Shown here one piece after another: positions 39,967-49,610 of a DNA stretch of 64,000 nucleotides. A model generated the notes under the pieces. The model searched no databases and was not told the origin of the DNA. It saw only the letters and a list, made by a program, of their open reading frames with translations. Each line of letters opens with the position of its first letter. Within the stretch, counting starts at the first letter, position 1. Made by a program: the position numbers and the translations under genes. This DNA comes from Candidatus Iainarchaeum sp. (lineage in GTDB: Archaea > Iainarchaeota > Iainarchaeia > Iainarchaeales > JAZDFD01), in assembly GCA_043808155.1 (NCBI GenBank), contig JAZDFD010000028.1:6697-70696 (forward strand), written 5' to 3'.

Positions 39967-40760
39967 AAGCAGACGTATACTCAGTAGAGGGTAAAAAAGT
40001 AAAAGAAATTTCACTTCCTAAAGTATTTGATACTGAATATGATTCCGCATTAATCAAAAGATCTGTTTTAGCTTCACAGTCTGCAAGACTTCAGCCTAAG
40101 GGCGCATATCAAAACGCAGGAATGGATAATTCAGCTGTAATGAAAGGACGAAGAAGTTTCCCTGCAAGCGGAAGAAGTATTAATGTTGGACATGCAAGGC
40201 TTCCGCGTGTTAAAAGTCACAGAGCATTATTAGCAGGACACGTAGCCAGAGTCGCACAGGCACGCGGAGGTAAACGTGCACACCCTCCAAAAATTGAACA
40301 AAGGATAGAGGAAAAAATAAACAAAAAAGAAAAAAAGAAAGCACTTGCATCAGCAATTGCAACAACTGTGAATTATGCATTAGTTTCAAAAAGACACAAA
40401 ATAGCAGGAATTAAACTTCCAATTATTATGGAAGATAAATTCGCAGAACTGAAAAAAACCGCAGATGTTAAAAGTGTGTTAGAAAAATTGAATCTTTATA
40501 CAGATGTTGAAAATGCAAAAAACAAAAAACATGTACGCGCAGGCAAAGGAAAACTACGCGGAAGAAAATACAAAAGAAAGAAAAGTTTGCTTATTGTGAC
40601 AGGCAAACAGGCACCTGTTTACAGAGCTGCAAGAAATTTAGAAGGTGTTGAAATTTGCACTGTAAGAAATTTAAATGCAGAATTGTTAGCACCAGGTGCA
40701 GAAGCAGGAAGATTGACAATATGGTTAGAAAGTGCAATTAGTGCATTGGAGACTAGGTGA
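39963..40760 (+). CDS. rpl4: Ribosomal protein uL4
   Basis: GGKRAHPP, RAGKGKLRGR, LLAPG...GRLTIW. Confidence 0.96.
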   Translation: MKADVYSVEGKKVKEISLPKVFDTEYDSALIKRSVLASQSARLQPKGAYQNAGMDNSAVMKGRRSFPASGRSINVGHARLPRVKSHRALLAGHVARVAQARGGKRAHPPKIEQRIEEKINKKEKKKALASAIATTVNYALVSKRHKIAGIKLPIIMEDKFAELKKTADVKSVLEKLNLYTDVENAKNKKHVRAGKGKLRGRKYKRKKSLLIVTGKQAPVYRAARNLEGVEICTVRNLNAELLAPGAEAGRLTIWLESAISALETR

Positions 40761-40764
40761 TTAA

Positions 40765-41187
40765 ATGGCTGCAGAAAAAAAAGTGAAAAAGGAAACAAAA
40801 GAAAAGAAAGCAGTCAAAGAAACAAAGAAAGCTGGAAAAACACCAGTAAAAGAAAAGAAAGACGATAAAAAAACTGAGAAAGTTAAACAGCTCTCAGCAA
40901 AAGAAACAACATCAAGTGAAGTTAAAGGTAAATTTTATTCAATTGTGAAACACCCTTTGATTTCAGAAAAAGCAGTTGGGATGATTGAAACACAAAACAA
41001 ATTAACTTTTGTTATTGAAAAAGGTTTTACTAAAAGTGAAGTTAAAAGGGCAGTAGAACAAATGTATAATGTAAAAGTTGACCGCGTCCAAGTAGTTAAT
41101 GATATGAAAGGAAGGAAAAAAGCAATTGTTAGAATAAACAAACAATACCGCGCAGATGAAATTGCAACAAAATTAGGGATATTGTAA
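40765..41187 (+). CDS. rpl23: Ribosomal protein uL23 with Lys/Glu-rich N-terminal extension
   Basis: PLISEKA...NKLTF...KKAIV. Confidence 0.94.
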   Translation: MAAEKKVKKETKEKKAVKETKKAGKTPVKEKKDDKKTEKVKQLSAKETTSSEVKGKFYSIVKHPLISEKAVGMIETQNKLTFVIEKGFTKSEVKRAVEQMYNVKVDRVQVVNDMKGRKKAIVRINKQYRADEIATKLGIL

Positions 41188-41197
41188 GGTGTAAATT

Positions 41198-41275
41198 TTG
41201 AAAAACCATAATTATTACTGTGGCATTGAAAATGCCACACATAAATCGGAGTACCCGTACGAAATCGGGTTGTGA
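41198..41275 (+). other. Type A palindromic element with 25-codon bridging ORF (MKNHNYYCGIENATHKSEYPYEIGL)
   Basis: ATTATTAC, hairpin GTGGCATT-GAA-AATGCCAC, then ACATAAATCGGAGTACCCGTACGAAATCGGGT; TTG start after AGGTG. Confidence 0.85.
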
Positions 41276-41279
41276 TAAC

Positions 41280-42011
41280 ATGCCTGGAAGACTAAAAACA
41301 CAAAGAAGAGGTAGAGGGACTCCGAGATACCTGGCCTCAAATAAGGGGATTACATGTACATATATTAATTATACAGATGAACAAAAGAAAGATGTATTAT
41401 TTGGCGAAGTTATTAGTTTGATAAAAACAACTGCAAGAAACAGTATTGTTGCAATTGAGAGATTTATAATAGACGGTAAGGAAACAGACTCACAAGTAAT
41501 AGCTGCAGAAGGGTTAAGTGTTGGTCAGAAAATCCAATACGGGACTAATGCAGAACTTGCAATCGGAAATGTTTTACCACTTTCGAAGATTCCGGAGGGG
41601 TGCCCTATATTCAATATTGAAAAAGAAAGTGGGGATGGCGGAACATTTGTAAAAAGCAGCGGGATTTACGCAATATTAGTTACAAAGGACAAGAAAAATG
41701 CTTACATTAAATTACCATCAGGAAAAACAAAACCATTCACCCTCTTGGCAAGAGCAACAATTGGATGTTCAGCATGCGGTGGAAGAACTGAAAAACCTTT
41801 CGTCAAAGCAGGAGCCAAATATTTTGCAATGAAAAGAAAAAGGAAAATGTGGCCAGTTGTAAGAGGTGTTGCAATGAACGCAGCATACCACCCACACGGT
41901 GGTGAACAGCACCATGTTGGTAAGAGTAAGTCTGTATCAAGACACGCTTCACCAGGAAGAAAGGTTGGTGCAATTGCTTCGAAGAGAACAGGAAGGAAAA
42001 AGAAAAACTAG
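41280..42011 (+). CDS. rpl2: Ribosomal protein uL2
   Basis: QRRGRG, VRGVAMN...HPHGG, PGRKVG; start set to ATG 41280. Confidence 0.96.
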   Translation: MPGRLKTQRRGRGTPRYLASNKGITCTYINYTDEQKKDVLFGEVISLIKTTARNSIVAIERFIIDGKETDSQVIAAEGLSVGQKIQYGTNAELAIGNVLPLSKIPEGCPIFNIEKESGDGGTFVKSSGIYAILVTKDKKNAYIKLPSGKTKPFTLLARATIGCSACGGRTEKPFVKAGAKYFAMKRKRKMWPVVRGVAMNAAYHPHGGEQHHVGKSKSVSRHASPGRKVGAIASKRTGRKKKN

Positions 42012-42021
42012 GGTGTGTTAG

Positions 42022-42429
42022 ATGGCAAGAGTAGAAGAAACATGGCGCGGTAAAAAGATCGAAGATCTTAAATCAATGGATATTTCAGAATTTATGAAAT
42101 TGATAGATTCAAGAGCAAGAAGAAGTATGAAAAGAGGTTTTGATAAAAAGCTCATGAAACAGATTGACAATTATGCTGAAAAAATCAAAGATGGAAAATA
42201 CCAAAAACCAATAAAAACACACCTGAGAGACACGATTGTGATTCCAAAAATGCTGGGACTTAAATTTGCAGTTTACAGAGGAAACAAGTTTGAGGATATT
42301 GACATCGTACCAAATATGCTCGGGCATTTTTTGGGTGAATTTGCACTTACAAGAAAAAGACTTCAGCATGGAAAGGCAGGAATTGGTGCAACAAGATCAA
42401 GTACTGCACTGAAGACAAAGAGAGTCTAA
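42022..42429 (+). CDS. rps19: Ribosomal protein uS19
   Basis: IKTHLRD, GHFLGEF, GIGATRSS. Confidence 0.96.
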   Translation: MARVEETWRGKKIEDLKSMDISEFMKLIDSRARRSMKRGFDKKLMKQIDNYAEKIKDGKYQKPIKTHLRDTIVIPKMLGLKFAVYRGNKFEDIDIVPNMLGHFLGEFALTRKRLQHGKAGIGATRSSTALKTKRV

Positions 42430-42437
42430 TGTGAAAA

Positions 42438-42575
42438 ATGATGATTAAGAAATATGAAAAAGCGGGTTATGACAGTGCCATCGCAGATGGCACGCGGAGC
42501 ACCCCGTACGCAACCCTATTTCAACTCAGGGTTGAAATGGGCGCATTTCACAAAAAAGTGAAATAGCGTCGAGTA
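42438..42575 (+). other. Composite palindromic element with 42-codon bridging ORF (42438-42566)
   Basis: GTGCCATC-GCA-GATGGCAC plus CGGAGCACCCCGTACG (type A-like), fused to a double-hairpin module also seen at 19729-19783. Confidence 0.82.
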
Positions 42576-42585
42576 GTGATTGAAA

Positions 42586-43059
42586 ATGGCTAAAAGAGAA
42601 TATCAGAAAAAAGTGAAAAATGAAGCAAAGATTGCAAAAGCGATAGCTGCGAATAAGCCAATTTCAGTTAAATATGCGACAGAAATGTGCAGAGAAATTA
42701 AGGGAAGACCTGTAAACAAAGTTGAGAAATTTTTAAACAGAATAATGAACAAAGAGGATTTCTTACCTCTTAAAAGATATGTGAAGAAAGTAGCACACAG
42801 AAAAGGTGACTCAAAATCAGGAACTAAAACAGGAAAATATCCAATAAGAGTTGCAAATGCATTTCTTGAACTTATTCAAACTGCAAAAGCAAATGCAGAT
42901 TTCAAAGGCATTGATACAGAATCGCTTTTGGTTTATCATGCATTTGCATCAACAGGTTTCAGAAGACACAGTGCACAGGCAAAAGGTCACATCGGCGGAA
43001 AGCGCAGAAGAAGTAAATCAACACATATTGAAATCATGCTTATAGAGGGAAAAAAATGA
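42586..43059 (+). CDS. rpl22: Ribosomal protein uL22
   Basis: ISVKYATEMCREIKG, GKYP, THIEI. Confidence 0.94.
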   Translation: MAKREYQKKVKNEAKIAKAIAANKPISVKYATEMCREIKGRPVNKVEKFLNRIMNKEDFLPLKRYVKKVAHRKGDSKSGTKTGKYPIRVANAFLELIQTAKANADFKGIDTESLLVYHAFASTGFRRHSAQAKGHIGGKRRRSKSTHIEIMLIEGKK

Positions 43060-44018
43060 TTGAAAGAACATTTATCAAACAGGCAATGAAAAAAATAGAG
43101 CTTGAGAAGTACATGAGAACCAATCTTGACAAAGCAGGGTTTACACACTTAGACATTGTGAAAACACCGTTGGTTACAAGAATCGTGCTTAATGTTACAA
43201 AACCAGGTCTGGCAATTGGAAAAGGCGGACAGACAATAAGACAACTTACAGAAGATATTGAAACAAAATTTGGAATTAACAATCCTCAGATAGAAATTAA
43301 GGAAATTGAAAATCCAACATTAGATGCACAGGCAACAGTTGACAAAATGGTTGCATTACTTGAAAGAGGTTTCAGCTGGAGAAGTATTGCATTCAGAACT
43401 GTAAAAGACATTATGGCTGCAGGTGCGCAGGGTTGTGAACTTGTGCTTAGCGGAAAATTAACAGGAAAAGGCGGAAGAAAAAGAAAGCAGAGAATTGCAG
43501 AAGGATATATGAAAAAAGTTGGACACCAAACAGAGTTAGTTGATTATGCAAAAAAATCCGCATACCCAAAAGCAGGTGCAATTGGAATTAAATTGAGAAT
43601 AATTAAACCAGGAGTACAGTTCCCAGATAAAATAAAAATCAATGACATAATCACAAAGAAAAAAGCTCCTATCGTAGAAAAAGAAAATGCAGATGCTGGA
43701 AAAACAGAAGTTACTGGTATCAAAGAAGAAGTGAAAATCGAAGTTAAAGAAAAAACTGAAAAGAAAGCAGAAGTTAAAGTTGAGAAGAAAGATAAGAAAC
43801 CAGTAGCATATAAAAAAGATGCTAAAAAAGAAGTGACGAACGAAAAGAAAACAGATAAAAAGGAAGCAAAGAAATTTGATAAACCAAAAGAAGAAAAGAA
43901 AAAATCAGATGACAAGAAAGAAACCAAAGTGAAAGAAGAAAAAGTTGACGACAAAAAAACTGAAAAGAAAGAAGTGAAAAAAGAAGATAAAAAATCAGAT
44001 GAGAAAAAAGATAAGTGA
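43056..44018 (+). CDS. rps3: Ribosomal protein uS3 with long Lys/Glu-rich C-terminal tail
   Basis: KPGLAIGKGG KH motif, GAQGCELVLSGKL. Confidence 0.96.
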   Translation: MIERTFIKQAMKKIELEKYMRTNLDKAGFTHLDIVKTPLVTRIVLNVTKPGLAIGKGGQTIRQLTEDIETKFGINNPQIEIKEIENPTLDAQATVDKMVALLERGFSWRSIAFRTVKDIMAAGAQGCELVLSGKLTGKGGRKRKQRIAEGYMKKVGHQTELVDYAKKSAYPKAGAIGIKLRIIKPGVQFPDKIKINDIITKKKAPIVEKENADAGKTEVTGIKEEVKIEVKEKTEKKAEVKVEKKDKKPVAYKKDAKKEVTNEKKTDKKEAKKFDKPKEEKKKSDDKKETKVKEEKVDDKKTEKKEVKKEDKKSDEKKDK

Positions 44019-44023
44019 TATTT

Positions 44024-44110
44024 ATGAATACGGGAAAAAATTATTACCGCAGTATCGAACGAAGTGAAGATACTGCACATAAATCGGAGCACCCGTACGA
44101 AATCGGGTAG
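44024..44110 (+). other. Type A palindromic element with 28-codon bridging ORF (MNTGKNYYRSIERSEDTAHKSEHPYEIG)
   Basis: GCAGTATC-GAACGAAGTGAA-GATACTGC hairpin plus conserved core; three consecutive stops TAG TGA TAG. Confidence 0.87.
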
Positions 44111-44118
44111 TGATAGTT

Positions 44119-44328
44119 ATGACAAATAAAGAAGCTAAATCATTCAGGGAGCTTCCAAAAGAAGAACTGAATGAAAAATTAGTGGATTTGCAAACAGAGC
44201 TTGCAAAAGAAAGAGCAACAGTTGCGTCTGGTACGCGACCTGAAAATCCTGGGAACATCAGGAAGCTCAGAAGAAATATTGCAAGACTTAAAACAATAAT
44301 TAATGAAAAAAATGAGGTGACTAAGTAG
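44119..44328 (+). CDS. rpl29: Ribosomal protein uL29
   Basis: ENPGNIRKLRRNIARLKT. Confidence 0.95.
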   Translation: MTNKEAKSFRELPKEELNEKLVDLQTELAKERATVASGTRPENPGNIRKLRRNIARLKTIINEKNEVTK

Positions 44329-44330
44329 CA

Positions 44331-44633
44331 ATGGAAGATATTTGTCCTAAATGCGGTCTCCCGCAAAACCTTTGTGTTTGCCAGGAGATTGCGAAGGAAA
44401 GCCAAAAAATAAAAATAAGAACTGACAAAAGAAGATTTGGTAAATTAGTGACAATTGTTTCGGGTTTGGATGAATCAAAAAGTGCAGATCAATTATGCAA
44501 GGAACTAAAAAGAAAACTTGCGTGTGGTGGCACTGTGAGAAACTCGGAAATTTTATTGCAAGGAAACCATAGTAAAAAAGTGAAAGCCTTTCTGCTAAAG
44601 CAGGGATATAAAGAGGAATTAATTGATGATTAA
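44331..44633 (+). CDS. sui1: Translation initiation factor aIF1/SUI1
   Basis: CPKCGLP...LKRKLACGGT...LQGNH. Confidence 0.95.
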   Translation: MEDICPKCGLPQNLCVCQEIAKESQKIKIRTDKRRFGKLVTIVSGLDESKSADQLCKELKRKLACGGTVRNSEILLQGNHSKKVKAFLLKQGYKEELIDD

Positions 44634-44937
44634 GGGAAAACATTATGAAATAACACAAAAAAATCTGCCTGCACATGAGCTTATCGGGCTTAATGCAAAG
44701 GTTGTGAAAAGTGTTGATTCAAAAAAAACCGGAGTTAAGGGAAAAGTTGTAAATGAAACAAAAAATATTCTGGAATTGGAGAACAACAGCGTTATAAAAA
44801 AAATCCCGAAAAAAGAAGTTGTGTTTGAATTTGAAATTGGAAATGAAAAAATTATAATTGACGGAAAAATGTTAAATGAAAAACCAGAGAATCGTGTAAA
44901 GGAGTTTTGGAGGAAATACCATGGAAAACTGCAATGA
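44623..44937 (+). CDS. rnp1: RNase P protein Rpp29
   Basis: HELIGL...GKVVNETKN...KPENR; synteny. Confidence 0.92.
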   Translation: MMIKGKHYEITQKNLPAHELIGLNAKVVKSVDSKKTGVKGKVVNETKNILELENNSVIKKIPKKEVVFEFEIGNEKIIIDGKMLNEKPENRVKEFWRKYHGKLQ

Positions 44938-45256
44938 CCCAAAGTGCCCAAAATGCGGCAATATCAAAGTAAGGGGCAATATTTTCACAGGTATTGTAAC
45001 ATCTGCAAAAGCAGATAAGACAGTCACTGTTGAAAGACAGTTAGTTAAAAAAGTTAGAAAATATGAAAGATACAAAAAAATAAGATCCAAAATCCATGCA
45101 CACAATTCAAAATGTGTTTCAGCAAAAGAAGGCGACACAGTAAGAATTGGAGAAACAAGAAAATTAAGCAAAACAAAAAGTTTTGTTGTGATGGACATTC
45201 TTAACAAAGGGTCAGATGAAAAGCCAAAAACAGATAAGAAAAAGGTGAAAAAATGA
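44921..45256 (+). CDS. rps17: Ribosomal protein uS17
   Basis: CNDPKCP, KYERY, ETRKLSKTKSF. Confidence 0.96.
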   Translation: MENCNDPKCPKCGNIKVRGNIFTGIVTSAKADKTVTVERQLVKKVRKYERYKKIRSKIHAHNSKCVSAKEGDTVRIGETRKLSKTKSFVVMDILNKGSDEKPKTDKKKVKK

Positions 45257-45651
45257 AAGCAATCAGCGCCAGAAGGACCATGGGTTTAACACAAAAAAGC
45301 AGATGCGTTTGCGCAGACAACTCAGGCGCAAAAGAGGTTGAAATCATCACAGTTTTTGGTCACAAATCAAGAAAAAAGATGAGTCCAAAAGGCGGAATCG
45401 CAGATATGGTTAATGTTGTTGTAAAAAAAGGAAAACCCGAAATCAGAAAAAAAGTTGAGCGTGCAGTTATTGTAAGAGTGAAACAAGAATACAGAAGAGC
45501 AAATGGCATGAGAGTAAAATTCGAAGACAATGCAGTTGTTCTTGTGGATAATAAGGGAATTCCTAAAGGAAGTGAAATTAAAGGTGCAGTTGCAAAAGAA
45601 GCTGCAGAAAGATGGGTAAAAATCGGGGGCATTGCCTCAGTAGTAGTATAG
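45253..45651 (+). CDS. rpl14: Ribosomal protein uL14
   Basis: ADNSGAK, FEDNAVV. Confidence 0.96.
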   Translation: MKAISARRTMGLTQKSRCVCADNSGAKEVEIITVFGHKSRKKMSPKGGIADMVNVVVKKGKPEIRKKVERAVIVRVKQEYRRANGMRVKFEDNAVVLVDNKGIPKGSEIKGAVAKEAAERWVKIGGIASVVV

Positions 45652-45660
45652 GTGGATTAA

Positions 45661-46137
45661 ATGAAAAGCTCAAAACCAAGAAAACAAAGAAAAGCGCTTT
45701 ACACAAGAACTGTTCATAAAAAACAGAATGACTTAGCAGGGCATCTGAGTAAAGAACTCAGAAAAGAGCTGAAACAAAGATCAATTCCTCTGAGAAAAGA
45801 AGACAAAGTTAAGATTATGAGAGGGTCACACAAGGCAAGAGAAGGAAAAATAATTGATGTTAATTACACCAAGGGATTTGTGTATATTGAAAAAGTTATC
45901 AGAAAAAAGGCAGACGGAACTGAAGTGCCGGTGCCGGTAAGAGCGTCAAATGTAATGGTTGTTGGCCTTTACAGAGATGATGACAGAAGAATTAAAAGAA
46001 AAACTCTGAAAAAAGTCACAAAATCCGAAAAAAAAGACAAGAAAGAAAAAGCTTATGACAAAAAAGCATATACAAAAGTGAAAGAAGAGAAATCTGAAAA
46101 AAAGGAAGATAATAAAGCTAAGGCGAAGGTGAAATAA
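45661..46137 (+). CDS. rpl24: Ribosomal protein uL24
   Basis: SSKPRKQRK, LSKELR, VKIMRG. Confidence 0.95.
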   Translation: MKSSKPRKQRKALYTRTVHKKQNDLAGHLSKELRKELKQRSIPLRKEDKVKIMRGSHKAREGKIIDVNYTKGFVYIEKVIRKKADGTEVPVPVRASNVMVVGLYRDDDRRIKRKTLKKVTKSEKKDKKEKAYDKKAYTKVKEEKSEKKEDNKAKAKVK

Positions 46138-46856
46138 TGGCTAAAAAAGGAAGCAAAAAATCAGAAAAAAGAATAAGCACTGATAAAGTCAGAAACATAA
46201 AGAAAAAAGAAAAAACATGGACAATAAAGGCAGAGCCAGGACCTCACAAAAAATCAACTTCCGTACCTTTAGGTTTTATTTTGAGAGACCTTCTTGAAGT
46301 AGCACAAAATTTGAGAGAAGTTAAACAGATACTTAACAGTAAAAGCGTCAAAGTAGACGGAACTTTAAGAACAAGTTACAGATTCCCTGTAGGTCTTTTC
46401 GATGTTGTTTCATTCAACAAAGATAAAAAAGGCTACAGATTAGTTTATGATTTTAAAGGCAGATTAATGGTCAAGGAAATTGAAGGCAAAGAACTTAACA
46501 AAAAAATATGTAAAATTACTAATAAAAAAACAGGGAAAACAGGAATTACTGAACTTGTAACAAATGATGGAAGAATATTCAAAGAAAAAAATGCGAAATA
46601 CAAAGTTGGTGATTCATTAGAAATTGAACTTCCCGGCCAGAAAATTTCAAAGTCACTTGAATTCGCAAAAGGGAACACAGCATATGTTTCAGGCGGAACG
46701 CACATTTCAGCAATGGGAAAAATAACAGAAATTGTTGCAGGAACAATGAAAAGAAAAACACTTGTTACATTGAAGACTGCAGACAAAGAAGAGTTCAGTA
46801 CAACTGAAAATAACATAATTGTTATTGGTAAAGAGAAAGGGGAAATAGATATTTAA
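46137..46856 (+). CDS. rps4e: Ribosomal protein eS4
   Basis: PGPH, FPVGLFDV, NDGR. Confidence 0.95.
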   Translation: MAKKGSKKSEKRISTDKVRNIKKKEKTWTIKAEPGPHKKSTSVPLGFILRDLLEVAQNLREVKQILNSKSVKVDGTLRTSYRFPVGLFDVVSFNKDKKGYRLVYDFKGRLMVKEIEGKELNKKICKITNKKTGKTGITELVTNDGRIFKEKNAKYKVGDSLEIELPGQKISKSLEFAKGNTAYVSGGTHISAMGKITEIVAGTMKRKTLVTLKTADKEEFSTTENNIIVIGKEKGEIDI

Positions 46857-46872
46857 AATTAGAGTGAGTTTT

Positions 46873-47385
46873 ATGACAGAAAATACAATGCGCACAATCA
46901 TTGTCGAGAAAGTTACTGTAAATATGGGTGTAGGCCAAGCTGGCGACGAACTCAAAAAATCAAAAACAGTAATTGAGACAATTACAGGTGCAAAAGCAAT
47001 TGAAACAAAGTGTAAAGTTAAACAACCAAAATGGGACATCAGACCAGGTTTACCTATTGGAATTAAAGTTACACTTAGAAAAAAACAGGCAACTGACTTT
47101 TTGAAACGTGCGATTAATGCAAAGCAAAACATAATCAAAAAAAAGAGTTTTGATATGCAGGGTAACTTCGGATTTGGAATCAAAGAACATATTGATCTTC
47201 CAGGAGTTAAATATGACCCTAAATTAGGAATACGGGGTCTTGATGTTTTAGTAACACTTAAAAGAAACGGACAGCGTGTTAAGAAAAGAAAAATTGCAAA
47301 AACAAAAATTGGCAAAAAGCACATAATAACAAAAAAAGACGCAATGCAATTCATGAAAGAACAATTTGGAGTTGAAGTTGAATGA
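46873..47385 (+). CDS. rpl5: Ribosomal protein uL5
   Basis: [30 protein letters not shown]. Confidence 0.96.
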   Translation: MTENTMRTIIVEKVTVNMGVGQAGDELKKSKTVIETITGAKAIETKCKVKQPKWDIRPGLPIGIKVTLRKKQATDFLKRAINAKQNIIKKKSFDMQGNFGFGIKEHIDLPGVKYDPKLGIRGLDVLVTLKRNGQRVKKRKIAKTKIGKKHIITKKDAMQFMKEQFGVEVE

Positions 47386-47552
47386 GTTCCAAAACAAAAG
47401 GTCCAAAAAAAGATCTAAAAAAAGAAAAACAAGCAAGAGTATGCACAAATTGCGGGACTAGAAATGCAATCATAAGAAAATACAATCTCAATGTCTGCAG
47501 AAGATGCTTTAAAGAATTAGCAGAAAAATTAGGCTTTAGGAAATATGGTTAA
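47382..47552 (+). CDS. rps14: Ribosomal protein uS14 (56 aa, below the ORF-track cutoff)
   Basis: Manual translation MSSKTK...CTNCG...[26 protein letters not shown]; synteny. Confidence 0.95.
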   Translation: MSSKTKGPKKDLKKEKQARVCTNCGTRNAIIRKYNLNVCRRCFKELAEKLGFRKYG

Positions 47553-47568
47553 ATGAGGGGTGGTAAAA

Positions 47569-47961
47569 ATGACATTAGTAGATCCAATAGCAAACGCAAT
47601 GATAAGCATTAAGAATAGCGACATTGCCTCAAAAAAAGAATGTATATTTCGACCTGCATCAAAACTTCTGGGAAAAATCTTAGAAGTTATGCAAAAAAAA
47701 GGATACATCGGAATTTATGAATTCATAGATGACGGACAAGAAGGTATTTACAAAATAGAACTTAAAGGAAAAATTAATGATTGTAAAGCAATAAAGCCAA
47801 GATATGCAGTTAAGAAAGATGGATTTGAAAAATTTGAAAAAAGATATTTACCTTCAAAGGATGTTGGAATTTTGATTGTTTCAACACCAGAGGGTGTATT
47901 AACACATAAAGAAGCAAAGGAATCCAATGTCGGGGGCAGATTATTAGCTTATATTTATTAA
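47569..47961 (+). CDS. rps8: Ribosomal protein uS8
   Basis: DPIANA, IKPRY, GGRLLAY. Confidence 0.96.
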   Translation: MTLVDPIANAMISIKNSDIASKKECIFRPASKLLGKILEVMQKKGYIGIYEFIDDGQEGIYKIELKGKINDCKAIKPRYAVKKDGFEKFEKRYLPSKDVGILIVSTPEGVLTHKEAKESNVGGRLLAYIY

Positions 47962-47972
47962 TGGTGTTTTGA

Positions 47973-48515
47973 ATGAAAACAGGATTTGTGGAAGAAATAA
48001 TTGAAGTGCCGGAAGGCATTGAATGTGAAATTCAGAAAAAGACAGTTACTGTTAAGAAAGGAGATAAAACAATCACAAAAACATTTGATATGATTGGAGT
48101 AGTTTTCAAAAAAGAAGGGAACAGAGTTCAGATTTCCACAAAATATCCTAAGAAAAAAACTGCAGCAATGCTGAAAACAGCAGCGGCTCATTTGAAAAAT
48201 ATGATTAACGGACTTCAGGAAGAATATGTGTATAAGCTCGCAATTATTTATTCACACTTTCCAATGACTGTTACAGTTAAAGATGGATTTTTAGAAATAA
48301 ACAACTTTGCAGGTGAGAAAAAAACCAGAAAAGCAAAGATTATGGCTAATACAAAAGTTGAAGTTAAGGGGAAAGAAGTTACAGTTAGATCACATAACAA
48401 GGAAAATGCAGGTCAGACTACGGCAAATATTGAATCTGCAACAAAAGTAAAAGGAAAAGATAAAAGAATTTTTCAAGATGGCATTTGGATTACTGAAAAA
48501 CCAAAGAAAAGATAA
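47973..48515 (+). CDS. rpl6: Ribosomal protein uL6
   Basis: YSHFP, NFAGEK, DKRIFQDGI. Confidence 0.96.
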   Translation: MKTGFVEEIIEVPEGIECEIQKKTVTVKKGDKTITKTFDMIGVVFKKEGNRVQISTKYPKKKTAAMLKTAAAHLKNMINGLQEEYVYKLAIIYSHFPMTVTVKDGFLEINNFAGEKKTRKAKIMANTKVEVKGKEVTVRSHNKENAGQTTANIESATKVKGKDKRIFQDGIWITEKPKKR

Positions 48516-48526
48516 TGGGTGAAAAC

Positions 48527-49078
48527 ATGGCAACTGCAGAAAAACACAAAACTGATAAAAAAGAAGTGACGAAAGCAAAGAAAACATCAGTTACAACAAA
48601 AAAAGCAGATACTAAAACAAAAACTGCAGAAAAAAAAGAAACAACTGCAAAGAAAAAAACTGCAGAAAAAAAACCAGGTGCTAAAAAAACAATTAAAAAA
48701 AGCAGTGCTGCAAAAAAAGCACAGGCATTAATTAAAAAGAAAGTTAAGAAACCAAGTTTCAGAGGAAGATTTGGTTCGAGAAAATTCAGAAGAAAAAGTA
48801 ACGCAAAATGGGACAAATGGAGAAAACCGCGTGGTATTGATATCAAAGACACCCAGGAAAACGGAACTAGTCCAAGAACAGGTTATGGTACTTGCAAACT
48901 CATAAAGACTATGCACCCTTCAGGATATTATGAAAAAATGATATTTAATCCAAGAGATTTGGACGGTATTGATGCAGAAAGATTTGCATTGAGAATTTCA
49001 GCAGGTGTAGGAAAGAAAAAAAGGTCTGAAATTGCAAAAAAAGCAAGGGAAATGGGACTACGTATTTTAAACAGGTGA
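48527..49078 (+). CDS. rpl32e: Ribosomal protein eL32 with Lys/Thr-rich N-terminal extension
   Basis: WRKPRGID, GYG, HPSG. Confidence 0.94.
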   Translation: MATAEKHKTDKKEVTKAKKTSVTTKKADTKTKTAEKKETTAKKKTAEKKPGAKKTIKKSSAAKKAQALIKKKVKKPSFRGRFGSRKFRRKSNAKWDKWRKPRGIDIKDTQENGTSPRTGYGTCKLIKTMHPSGYYEKMIFNPRDLDGIDAERFALRISAGVGKKKRSEIAKKAREMGLRILNR

Positions 49079-49082
49079 AAAA

Positions 49083-49160
49083 ATGATTTACAAAAAAAAT
49101 TATTACCGTGGGATTGTAAATCCCACACATAAATCGGAGCACCCGTACGAAATCGGGTAG
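49083..49160 (+). other. Type A palindromic element with 25-codon bridging ORF (MIYKKNYYRGIVNPTHKSEHPYEIG)
   Basis: GTGGGATT-GTA-AATCCCAC hairpin plus conserved core; AGGTGA RBS before the ATG. Confidence 0.87.
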
Positions 49161-49169
49161 GTGAAATGA

Positions 49170-49610
49170 ATGAAACTAGACCAAGTAAAGAGATTAGCCG
49201 CAGATGTTCTTAACGTGGGCGTAACCAGAATATGGATTGACCCTAAAGAAGTTGGGAATGTTGCAGAAGTTATTACAAAAGATGATGTAAGAGCTTTAGT
49301 TGCAGACGGAGTAATCAAGAAAAGAAGAGTGCAGGCACAAAGCCACGGCCATGCACGTTTATTAGCTGAAAAGAAAAGTAAAGGTCTGAAAAAAGGAAAA
49401 GGTAAAAGAAAAGGAAAAGTTAATGCAAGAACACATAGAAAGAAAAAGTGGATTAAAACAGTCCGTGCACAAAGAGATGAACTTAAAAAACTTAAAACAG
49501 AAAACCCTGAAGCAGTTGCAGAAGCAAATTACCATTCTATTTACAGAAGAATAAAAGGCGGATATTACAAAGGTAGAAAATACGTGAGAAGCGCAGTACT
49601 TAAGAAGTGA
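49170..49610 (+). CDS. rpl19e: Ribosomal protein eL19
   Basis: KRLAADVL...RIWIDP, WIKTVRAQR, KGG. Confidence 0.95.
   Translation: MKLDQVKRLAADVLNVGVTRIWIDPKEVGNVAEVITKDDVRALVADGVIKKRRVQAQSHGHARLLAEKKSKGLKKGKGKRKGKVNARTHRKKKWIKTVRAQRDELKKLKTENPEAVAEANYHSIYRRIKGGYYKGRKYVRSAVLKK

Noticed and set aside
41220-41279. 20-aa N-terminal extension of uL2 in the ORF track
   Set aside because: It is the repeat core read in another frame; uL2 homology begins at ATG 41280, which has its own GTGA RBS.
44024-44118. Elements as BHB introns in r-protein mRNAs
   Set aside because: Flanking genes are complete with their own starts and stops, and I found no convincing bulge-helix-bulge at the element ends.
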